A DNA stretch of 64,000 nt from Novakomyces olei (Eukaryota). The number at the start of each line of letters is the position of its first letter. The stretch's first letter is position 1. The DNA lies in NCBI GenBank assembly GCA_016906335.1, contig JADEYG010000001.1:248001-312000 (forward strand), given 5' to 3'. The notes beneath the pieces are model-generated. The model was not told the origin of the DNA, ran no database searches, and saw only the letters and a list, made by a program, of their open reading frames with translations. Both the position numbers and the translations under genes were made by a program. This document shows, in pieces, positions 27,336 to 38,521 of the stretch.

Positions 27336-28192
27336 CACTAAACATTAAACTCCAAATTAGTTCAATTGCTTGACAAGAGTCTTATGAAAAATGGCATTAA
27401 CGTCTTGGACATGCAAATAATAAATATTTAATTGAGTTAAAAAATGAAAAATAAGCTGGAAGAATTTAGATATCTACTTCACTATCTACAGGCTATTAAA
27501 CATTACTAAACAGCCATTTCCCACAAGGTGTAGATCAAGACCAACAGAATTATTTGGTCATGTTCATAGTGATGTCTGTCGCTCAATAAGTTTAAACTCT
27601 TAATTTAGTTAAAAATATTTCGAGACACTTACTGAAAACTTGTCTGAAATGCATTTGTATTTTTGATGAAAAATAAGAGCAAAGTCGCCAATATTTTTTG
27701 AATTTTATCTTTTTGTTAAAACTCTGTTTGGAAGAAGAATAAAAATTCTTCGAACTGACAGTGGACTTGAATAAATTAATCCAGAAATGTTTCAAGTGAT
27801 CCGAAAAGTGGGAATAATTCATCAAACCACAATTATCTATACACCTCAACAAAATGGAATAGCTGAAAGAACAAACAGAACACTAGTCTCTAAAGCTCGC
27901 GCTCTATCATCAAATCGACAATTACTTACAAAACTTTGGGGAGATGCTACTCCAACAAGCTGTTATCTCAAAAACAGATTACCTTCGCGATCTTGTAATA
28001 TGACTCCTTACGAAATGTTATGTGGTGTGAAGCCAAATTTGGACAATTTAAAGAACTTCTGGACGTCTGGTAGTTGCTAAAAACAAGCAACCTGATATTA
28101 ATTTGAAACTTGAACAAAAGGAAAAAAATTTAATTTTCTTTGTTATCCCGAGAGTCAAAAAGCGTATATCTTATCTAATTTAAAAAATAAAA

Positions 28193-28397
28193 TGTAAATG
28201 TTTATTTGGTGAGCAATTTATGATTGACATTGTTGATTAAATTGTTGGTCAACTACTCTATTGATAGACGTTTCCCCCGCTGTGGCTTAGATTTATTTAT
28301 CAGAGTGGATTTATCAGAGTGGATTCATCAGAGTGGCTTGGGAATGTGTCAAGAATACCGAAAGAAAATTGAGTAGGTTGGCAGCCAATCAGAAAAC
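28193..28397 (-). mobile_element. Family C LTR fragment
   Basis: Shares GACGTTTCCCCCGCTGTGGCTTAG...GAGTAGGTTGGCAGCCAATCAGAAA with 26454-26678 and 26984-27157. Confidence 0.75.
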
Positions 28398-29112
28398 GAG
28401 CTGTTTCGCGTGATATCGTCTTTTTTGAAGACGAATCTTGTAATGAATTTGAAGATACATATGACGATAAATATTTACAACAAAATATGAATTATAACTC
28501 GTTTGATTCCTCAAATCAATCCTCAGATATGGTAAACTTGCCATGATTGGCAACTTAGGTGAATATCTATTATATATATATATATGTACTTTTTAATATC
28601 TTATTTATTTTTTATGAAACTATTAAGTACTTTATATTTTAACAATATTAAACAAAAAATCAATCACTTTTTTAAATTATTGATATAAAAACATAATTAA
28701 ATTAAACATTTTATTTTATTTCATATATTTTAATATATTTATTATCGCTTTACCGTCCCATAAAATCAACGATTCTAAAAATATTTTTGATTTTAATAAC
28801 ATTACTTCAATATCTACAGAAAACGCAGATCACTTGTACGTAAACGCAGATCGTACGCAACGAACTGAACATAATACACAAACAGATGCAGATCATATAA
28901 CTGCAAATCAGAAGACTGAAGACGAAACTACTTTGTCTAAGTCTGAAAATACACATCCATCAATCAATTCTGATAATGCCCAGAATCAATCAGACACATC
29001 TCAAGCAAATGAAGGTAACACAGCAGACATTGATTTGAAACTATAAAATGAGACGACAGAAATCGGAGATAGTTCAATTACAGATGAAAATAGTAATGAA
29101 GAAATTAAATCT

Positions 29113-30407
29113 TGTTGAATCTATAATTTCGAACGTGTTAATTTGAAACGTGTTGTATTCAATTTCGTTGGCCAACATAGTTCTATCTAGATCTATTTAT
29201 AGTCTTCTCAATGACAGTCACAATTACCAGGGTAAACTTCATTTTTTTTTCTAAGTAATCAGCTGCTGCACAAGCTTGATATACTTTCCTATACTCCCTC
29301 TCAAGCTTGTAATGATTCAATTCTAGAGTCCCCTTTCACCAGTTTTTGTCGCAAATGTATAAAAATCTTTTTACACAAAGGCTTTGTTAAAATATCCGCA
29401 AGCTGTTCTTTTGTAGATATATAATCAACAATTACTGTGCCGTTTTCCGTTAAATTGCGCAAAAACATATATCGTACATCAAGGTGCTTTAGTCGTCTCA
29501 TTGGGCTTGTTTTATGCGCAATACAAATTGCGCTTTTGTTGTCGGAGCAAACACGAATTGGAGACTCAATTTTTAAAAGCTCCTTGGCCAGGTTGTAGAG
29601 ACCTAATGTATGCACAATCGCCGTACAAGCACTTATATATTCAGCCTCGCATGTCGATAACGCAACAACTTTTTGTTTTGTTGACATCCAATGAATTAAT
29701 GAATTACCCAGAAACAATGCCATTCCCGAAGTGGATTTCCTTTCGTCTCTATCACTTGCGTAGTCGGCATCGCAATAAACTTTCATGACTGGTTCAACCG
29801 AATTGCTTTGATATTCCAGTCCCTTGTCTTTTGTATCCCTTAAATAAGCCGTGATACATTGAACCAGTTCGAGACATTCATCTGTAGGCTTTTCTTGATA
29901 TCTTGCTGCGTGGGATACAGCGAAGGATATATCTGGCCGAGTGCATCTGCTTATCCAAAGTAGCATGCCAATCCATTTGCGGTACTTTTCATTGTTTATA
30001 GGTTTCCCATTCAATTCCACGTAATTCCTTATGGGAATTCGTTTTTTAGGCAAGTCGTAGCAATCGAATTCTTTAATTATTTTTGTAATTGCTGCCTTCT
30101 GACTTATTTTCAAATTTCCAATTTTCTGATCATAACAAAATTCCATCCCAAGAAATTGATGAATCTCACCCAAATCTTTGACCTTAAATGCTCTTTGTAA
30201 TTTTTCCTTTGTTCGTTTCATTTCATTTAAATTCTCGCCCATAATAATAATGTCATCAACATAAATAAGCAAAAATAAATTACCTTGGGAGCTGTATAGT
30301 ATACAGTCTTCGACCTTCGATTCCATAAATCCAATTTCCATTAACACTGTAAAAAGCTTTTTGTACCAACATCTAGGGGCCTGTTTTAAACCATAGAGCG
30401 ATCTTTT
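29113..30407 (-). mobile_element. 3' part of a second copia A2 copy (RT-RNase H and 3' LTR 29113-29293)
   Basis: Near-identical to 30408-31699; cut off at the next A2 LTR. Confidence 0.9.
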
Positions 30408-33400
30408 TGTTGAATCTATAATTTCGAACGTGTTAATTTGAAACGTGTTGTATTCAATTTCGTTGGCCAACATAGTTCTATCTAGATCTATTTATAGTCT
30501 TCTCAATGACAGTCACAATTACCAGGGTAAACTTCATTTTTTTTCTAAGTAATCAGCTGCTGCACAAGCTTGATATACTTTCCTATACTCCCTCTCAAGC
30601 TTGTAATGATTCAATTCTAGAGTCCCCTTTCACCAGTTTTTGTCGCAAATGTATAAAAATCTTTTTACACAAAGGCTTTTTTAAAATATCCGCAAGCTGT
30701 TCTTTTGTAGATATATAATCAACAATTACTGTGCCGTTTTCCGTTAAATTGCGCAAAAACATATATCGTACATCAAGGTGCTTTAGTCGTCTCATTGGGC
30801 TTGTTTTATGCGCAATACAAATTGCGCTTTTGTTGTCGGAGCAAACACGAATTGGAGACTCAATTTTTAAAAGCTCCTTGGCCAGGTTGTAGAGACCTAA
30901 TGTATGCACAATCGCCGTACAAGCACTTATATATTCAGCCTCGCATGTCGATAACGCAACAACTTTTTGTTTTGTTGACATCCAATGAATTAATGAATTA
31001 CCCAGAAACAATGCCATTCCCGAAGTGGATTTCCTTTCGTCTCTATCACTTGCGTAGTCGGCATCGCAATAAACTTTCATGACTGGTTCAACCGAATTGC
31101 TTTGATATTCCAGTCCCTTGTCTTTTGTATCCCTTAAATAAGCCGTGATACATTGAACCAGTTCGAGACATTCATCTGTAGGCTTTTCTTGATATCTTGC
31201 TGCGTGGGATACAGCGAAGGATATATCTGGCCGAGTGCATCTGCTTATCCAAAGTAGCATGCCAATCCATTTGCGGTACTTTTCATTGTTTATAGGTTTC
31301 CCATTCAATTCCACGTAATTCCTTATGGGAATTCGTTTTTTAGGCAAGTCGTAGCAATCGAATTCTTTAATTATTTTTGTAATTGCTGCCTTCTGACTTA
31401 TTTTCAAATTTCCAATTTTCTGATCATAACAAAATTCCATCCCAAGAAATTGATGAATCTCACCCAAATCTTTGACCTAAATGCTCTTTGTAATTTTTCC
31501 TTTGTTCGTTTCATTTCATTTAAATTCTCGCCCATAATAATATGTCATCAACATAAATAAGCAAAAATAAATTACCTTGGGAGCTGTATAGTATACAGTC
31601 TTCGACCTTCGATTCCATAAATCCAATTTCCATTAACACTGTAAAAAGCTTTTTGTACCAACATCTAGGGGCCTGTTTTAAACCGTAGAGCGATCTTTTC
31701 AATTTGCATACTTTTCCTGTTCCGTCGTCGAATCCTTCTGGTTGTTTCATATAAACGCATTCTTCTAATTCGCCGTTTAAGAATGCAGTTGTAACATCCA
31801 TCTGATGAATATTCCATTTTTGCATTGCTCCATAAGCCAGTAAAGTGCGAAATGATTCTAAGGACATGGTCGGGGCGTATGTCGCTTGATAATCTACTCC
31901 CTCACGCTGACCAAATCCCTTTGCAACCAATCGTGCTCGGTAACGTCCAACTTCCCCATCAACATTTGCTTTAGCTTTAAAGACCCATCGATTTCCAATG
32001 ACATTAGCTCCCTCTGGCGCGTTCACTAGTACCCAAGCGTCATTTTCTTTCATTGCGTCCAATTCTGTCTTCATCGCTAATTCCCATTCTGATGCTTGCA
32101 CGCTTTCTCTAGCTTGTTTCGTATTGGTAGGCTCAATTATACTGTCAATACTAATATGCGCATGATCGTATGGTCCTGGCAAACTACGTATTCGGGTTGA
32201 GCGTCTTTTACCATCGTCGGTCCATTTAGTTCCAAGCTCCTCCGTTTGCAATTCGGATAATTCAGAATTGTCATTAATTTTTGGACTCATATTTTCTAGA
32301 GTATCTTCAAAACTTTGTTCCGATGCGTCCGAATAATTTTCAATTTGCTCGTCAATTTGCTCGTCAATTTGCTCGTCATTTTCCTCGTCATTTTCCTCGT
32401 TATTTTCCTCGTTATTTTCCTCGTTATTTTCCTCGTTATTTTCAATTTGTATACCCTGCTGAAATTCAGACACATTTGACTGTTGCAAATTATTGACAGT
32501 AGAAATATCATTTCCAAGTGCTGGAATAAATGTTGTATTTTCAGAGCTGTTGATGGATTTATTTTCCACAGTTTCATAAAATTCTGTTTCTTTAAATATT
32601 ACATCCCTTGAAACAACAATTTTGTTCCTTGACATATTCCAAAGTCGATAAGCTTTAGCATTGGATTGATACCCTACAAAGATATGGGGTTCACTTCTAG
32701 CATCCAATTTTCTTATATCGTTATGTTTGTTCAGGACATATGCAATGCATCCAAACACTCTCAAATGATCTAATAACGGAGGCTTTCCAAATATCATCTC
32801 ATATGGTGTTTTATTAATTATTCTGCTTGGGCTCCGATTTTTCAAATACACACAGGCATTGACCGCCTCATCCCATAGCTTTTGTGGAGTCTTCCTTTGA
32901 ATCATTGTAGACCTGACCCTGTCAAGAATTGTTCTATTCGCCCTTTCTGGAACTCCATTTTGCTGCGGCGTATAAGGTGCGGATTTTTCATGAACAATGC
33001 CATTTTCGTTTGTAAACTTTTCGAAAGATTTATTAATATACTCGCCTCCATTGTCACTCCGAAATCTTTTGACCTTAATTCCAAATTGCGTGTAAATCAT
33101 TTTGATCAAGTTCTGAAAACAATCATTCACTTCGAATTTATTATTGATTGTGTTGACAAAAGTGTACCCACTGTTATCATCAATAAAAGTGACAAAATAA
33201 CGATGACCAAGCGCTGATACTGGAAACGGCCCACAAACATCACTGTGCAATAATTCAAATTTGTCGGTTGCTCTCATTCGTCCTTCTGGGAATGGCTGGC
33301 GCGCCATTTTTCCTTCAATGCAACTTTCACAACCAACATTTAAGTTGCTTCTATTAACTTCGTGTTGTATTTTCCCAGCACCAAGTCCTTTGGCGAGTTC

Positions 33401-34925
33401 AACCATATATCTCTCATTTAAATGCATTAATCGTTCATGCCAAAGATTTTGTCTGTCCTTTTTTGTAGCATATAGTGCAAGCATCTTTTTTTTAGGGGCA
33501 TGGTCAACAATTTTTGTATCAACAGGATACAAATTATTTTCTTTATCAAAGTCTCCAAGCTTTCTTCCAGTTGTGTCATAAAGTACAGCTTTGCCTTTTG
33601 TGAAATAAACCGATATATGCTCATTATCGAGTGCGCCAAGTGAGATTAAATTGAAACCAAGCGATGGTACCCACAAGACATTTTTCAATAAAACTTGGTT
33701 ATCCTCAGACAAATTTAAACTTATATTTCCGTATCCCAATGCTCTTAATTTTTCTTTTCCCGCAGCAAGTACAAAATGATGTTCATCACTATTATAACGT
33801 TTTAGATTGGTGAAGGCCAATTCATTGTCCGTCATGTGCTGCGATGCTCCACAGTCAAGAATCCATTTTGTGCTGATACTTTTGGAAATACTTGAAGACT
33901 TTATAAATGCCACACGATAGTAATGTTCAGACAATTTATTACTATCAGTTCTTCTCAAATTTTTGTCACAGTCCGCTCTGAAATGACCTTTCTCACCACA
34001 AATAAAACAGCTGCGATTTTTGAATCTGCAGTTAGTTTCGGTATGACCCTTTTTCTTGCAATATTTGCATATCGCAACACGAGAGGCTGCCAACGCCATT
34101 TCCGAGCTTAAGTTATCTCCATTATCTCCTAGCATTGCTTCAAGTACAATTTCTTGTACTTCTTTGAGATTAATATTCTTCGAACGCTCCCAGATACGTA
34201 TCTCACTTTTGAGCGACTCGCAACCTTTTATCATATTTAGGTATATTTGACAAACTTCTTCAGCATGTAGGTCCTTTCGCAACTCGCGTAAACTCAGGAT
34301 GAGACTGTTAAATCGTGTATTCAGTTCCGCAATTTGTCCCAAACCTTGTGTATGCAGTCCATACAGTTCGCCCGTAACTTGAACGATTAAGCGGTATCTT
34401 CTATCCAAGAAGACGGCATCAATGCTGGAGAGCAGTGATTTCGGTGTCAATGCCTTTTGACAAACATCGTCAAGGACTGGAACTGAAATTACCTCCTTAA
34501 GAGTAAGGAGAAGCATAGCCGACGTAGATTTGTAGCCGATATCGTCGGTAAAATTCCCTTCAACTGAGGCATTTGGCATCACGTGTGCCAGTCCGTAAGT
34601 CTCAAGAATTCCGCCCAATTTCGATTTCCACTGAGGATACTCGATCAAGTTAGTCAACCTTGGAATAACCAGGAACGGCAAATCTCCATTTCCATGAGGT
34701 TTGAAAACCACTCCCGTGCTGCTCATGTTTCAGACTCTTAATCTGTTGAATCTATAATTTCGAACGTGTTAATTTGAAACGTGTTGTATTCAATTTCGTT
34801 GGCCAACATAGTTCTATCTAGATCTATTTATAGTCTTCTCAATGACAGTCACAATTACCAGGGTAAACTTCATTTTTTTTTTCTAAGTAATCAGCTGCTG
34901 CACAAGCTTGATATACTTTCCTATA
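30408..34925 (-). mobile_element. Full-length Ty1/copia retrotransposon, family A2
   Basis: LTRs 30408-30587 and 34744-34925; PBS 34730-34743; gag-pol ORF 34726-31520 continuing to 30595 across two 1-nt deletions relative to the duplicate copy. Confidence 0.95.
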
Positions 34926-35249
34926 GTTAGGCCATAGTGTAGATAGTAAAATTAAAATTAAAAATGACATAATTAAATTAAATTAATTCACTCCAAATAC
35001 GGAATCTAACCGATTTGGAGGAATATTTAATTACTAATCATTAAATCACGCCACTGATCGGGTATCTGTATCTTATCAATGATAAGGTGACTACTAATTG
35101 ATAGGAAAGTCTTGATCCTATCTCTTGGCAAATTACAAAGATAAGAGCTGAGCCTTGACGTCTATAAAAGGACAAGGTTTTCCATAGTTTAAGAGTAGAT
35201 TTAATTAATCTGAAAGTTATAACAGTGAGTCATTCCCACAGTTATAACA
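34926..35249 (+). mobile_element. Solo LTR, family D
   Basis: Inverted copy of 35537-35896; contains TATAAAAG and ends in CA. Confidence 0.8.
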
Positions 35250-35536
35250 GTACTGTATTCGATTACATTAAGTAATTCAATATTTTTTAATTAGATTTAC
35301 TATCTACAATCCTAACACAAATCTTCATTCAAACAAGATTTCGAAAAAAAACAAATGCACCAGTTGCCCGTTCAGATAGATGCCATTCGAATGCTATTTT
35401 CTTTGGGCGCCGTCAATGGTTATAACATGTTTCATGTTGAAATCCATAACGCCTTTTTAAACGGTAAATGGAACGAGACTGTGTACATGAAACTTCCTAA
35501 AGGAATTATGGGACGGCAAGATCAAGTTTGCGGGCT

Positions 35537-35896
35537 TGTTATAACTAGAAATAACTCACTGTTATAACTCTTTAGATTAATTAAATCTACTCTTTAAACT
35601 ATGGAAAACCTTGTCCTTTTATAGACTTTAAGGCTCAGCTCTTATCTTTGTAATTTGCCAAGAGATAGGATCAAGACTTTCCTATCAATAAGTAATCAGA
35701 TAGGATCAGAAGTAACCGATCAATTAGTAATCACCTTATCATTGATAAGGTACAGATACCCGATCAGTGGCGTGATTTAATGATTAGTAACTAAATATTC
35801 CTCGAAATCGGTTAGATTCCGTATTTGGAGTGAATTAATTTAATTTAATTATGTCATTTTTAATTTTAATTTTACTATCTACACTATGGCCTAACA
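35537..35896 (-). mobile_element. Solo LTR, family D (inverted)
   Basis: TG..CA; reverse complement of 34926-35249 with an internal duplication. Confidence 0.8.
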
Positions 35897-36640
35897 AGTA
35901 CAAATTGGTCTATTATTGGAAAATTAATATACTTGACTGAGTGGGCACGCCCTGATTTACGATATGAAGTCAGTATGGTCAGTAAACACACCAAGTATCA
36001 GAACGAGAAACACTTATTAGCCTTAAATTATACTATGCGATATCTGAATCCAACAATTGACCATGGGATAACATACTTGAAAACACCAAAATTGGAAATT
36101 TTTACGTGGGGAGACGCACAACTTCTTGTTTGGATCAATTGGTTCATAAGTTGCCACGACTGGTCTCATCATTGGTAACTTGCTTGGAGGTTCTTTGATC
36201 AAGGTTTGTGGAAAATTCTCTTGTAAGAGTTCCAATACCTTGTCCGAATCAGTCGCGTTTTCATTTGTGATTGAGTTGGCCTCAATTGTTTTCTTCGGAT
36301 TGATTGTTATTGAGCTAACCACTGGAATGCTTTGGTCTTCGTAAATGTTTTCTGTATCTTTGTTGATCTGCCATTTGACCTGTCTTCTGCCAGTGTTGAC
36401 TATTGCTCTTAATTTGCTCAAAGTTTCCATACCAATAAGGAGATCAGAAGTTCGCAGTCGGCTACTGCACAATTTAATTCATTTCCTTTGAATTTTGTTC
36501 TAGCCACATATCTGCTGATTGTCTTTGATCCTTGAAATGCCATTTGAATTTTGTGGTCACTCTTCATACTTTGGTTTGTGAACATTGCAGAAATTTGAAT
36601 CAATTACACCAATGTCACTTTTTGTATCAATAAGGGCTCT

Positions 36641-37046
36641 TGTTAGGAATCAAGATTGATCTAATCAAATCTAATCAAGATTGATCTAATCAAATCTAAT
36701 CAAGATTGATTACTCATCAATGAGTCATCATTACTCATCAATGAGTCATCATTACTCATCAATGAGTCATCATTACTCATCAATGAGTCATCATTACTCA
36801 TCAATGAGTCATCATTACTCATCAATGAGTCATCATTACTCATCAATGATTCATCATTACTCATCAATGATTCATCATCATTACTCATCATTTCCTTCCT
36901 ATTTCCTTCCTATCTCCTTCCTATCTCCGTCCTATCTGCTTCACAAAAAGTCTATAAAAGGACCCAACTTCCCATAGTCTGAAAGATAGATCTCTTAGCT
37001 AGGTCTAATTTATATTGTTACAACAGTAAGTAATCCTCACTTAACA
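36641..37046 (+). mobile_element. Solo LTR, gypsy family B
   Basis: TG..CA, TSD GCTCT; reverse complement of 49153-49536. Confidence 0.92.
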
Positions 37047-37597
37047 GCTCTCTTTACCCCTTACTTCAATTGGTAGATTCACCAGAAACTGTTGGCTTTT
37101 GTTTTGAACAGCAGAGCATTAATAATCCAATCTTAGTTCTTTGCTATTTTCATCATTATCTTTGAGAGCACTAATTGTCATATAAATATGACATAATTCC
37201 GTTTTGATCGGAGATAATCCGTTCGATTGCGGATTATTTCCAATTCCGGAATTTTAGTTAGCCACTTTGTGGCTTAGACAGACTTTTCCGTAGTTGTTTC
37301 TATTTTTAGTTATAGTTAGTTAGTTCCAGCAAGGATAAAAGGAGGCCCGTTCGCACTTTTATCCGACGCTGATTATCGACCGTGTCGACCGTGTTAACCG
37401 TGTAAACCGTGTTAAGTATTCTTACCTTCCATTTGGCTTCCCATCACAGTTGCCGTGAAAGCAACACAGCCGTATCCAAACCCCAAACAAAGAAAACACA
37501 ACAGTATAATCAGCCCACGTTGTGGTGCCGAGCCGTTCGTCATGGAAGGTATCGTCTGAACCAATTTGTTGAAGAAACAACAGCGAAGTTACAGCTA

Positions 37598-38521
37598 ATG
37601 GAGCATGAGAACATGATGCTGAAGGTCAAATTGGAAACCGATCAGGAGAGTCGACATGCGACGTTCAACCGGGAGCCCAAGTTAGCCCCGCCACCTTTGT
37701 TTTTTGGCGAGAGAGCTAAGGCTCATGAATTCATCACCCAAGTGAAAATGATAACCGACGCACTACCCTCGAGATACGGATCGGACCGCCAGAAGGTCAC
37801 GTTTGCAGCAACCTATTTGCGAGGAACTGCGTTCAGGTGGATTGAGCCTCACATCCTAGGGGAAAACGAAGGAATACTCAACGATTTTGAGACGTTTTGT
37901 GATTCATTCCTACAGATGTTTGGTGATCGAGATATTAGAAAGCAGGCGCAGAAGCAAATTTGCAATCTGAAGCAGTCTGGAGCTGTTGCTCAGTACGCAG
38001 CCGAGTTTGACAGACTCAGAGCGAACTTTAGCTGGAACGAAGAAGCGTTGATTTCGCAGTACTACGAGGGCCTTAGCGACAGGCTTAAGGATGAATTGGC
38101 AAGAACGACAGAGCCTAGTACCTTGCGAGAGATGATCGAGATGACGATCAGTATTGATAATCGTCTATTTGAGAGACGTAAAGAAAGACAGAGAACAAGT
38201 TACGAACCGAGAACGTATTATGAGCCGAGATTTACGGGCAGAAGTAACCAGACGACTGCACCGATGGAAATTGATTTGGCGGTTGCCGGTGCCAGAGGAG
38301 CAGGCAGACCCGCAAGAGAGCACAAGACGAATTACAGAGACGCGAGAGACGCGAGAGAACGAGAGAGAAGTTACGACAACAGAAACGTACAGTGTTATAA
38401 TTGCCAGAAGAAAGGGCATATTGCAAAAGAGTGCAAAGAAAAGAGAATTCCGTTTGTAAGCCGTCAAGCTGCAATGACGACGAACGAGTTGAGCGACGAC
38501 TCGGGAAAAGATTTCGCCTAG
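37598..38521 (+). CDS. gag with CCHC knuckle
   Basis: FAATYLRGTAFRW, LKQSGAVAQYAAEF, PMEID and CYNCQKKGHIAKEC. Start codon uncertain. Confidence 0.88.
   Translation: MEHENMMLKVKLETDQESRHATFNREPKLAPPPLFFGERAKAHEFITQVKMITDALPSRYGSDRQKVTFAATYLRGTAFRWIEPHILGENEGILNDFETFCDSFLQMFGDRDIRKQAQKQICNLKQSGAVAQYAAEFDRLRANFSWNEEALISQYYEGLSDRLKDELARTTEPSTLREMIEMTISIDNRLFERRKERQRTSYEPRTYYEPRFTGRSNQTTAPMEIDLAVAGARGAGRPAREHKTNYRDARDARERERSYDNRNVQCYNCQKKGHIAKECKEKRIPFVSRQAAMTTNELSDDSGKDFA

Noticed and set aside
35250-35536. Inversion between inverted D LTRs (flanks GTACT/AGTAC)
   Set aside because: RT fragments inside and outside remain co-oriented and in order; the 5-bp match may be chance.
36700-36977. SHHYSSM / SNDDSLM repeat peptides (also ~49222-49502 and 54640-54837)
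   Set aside because: Translations of the 21-bp LTR tandem repeat.
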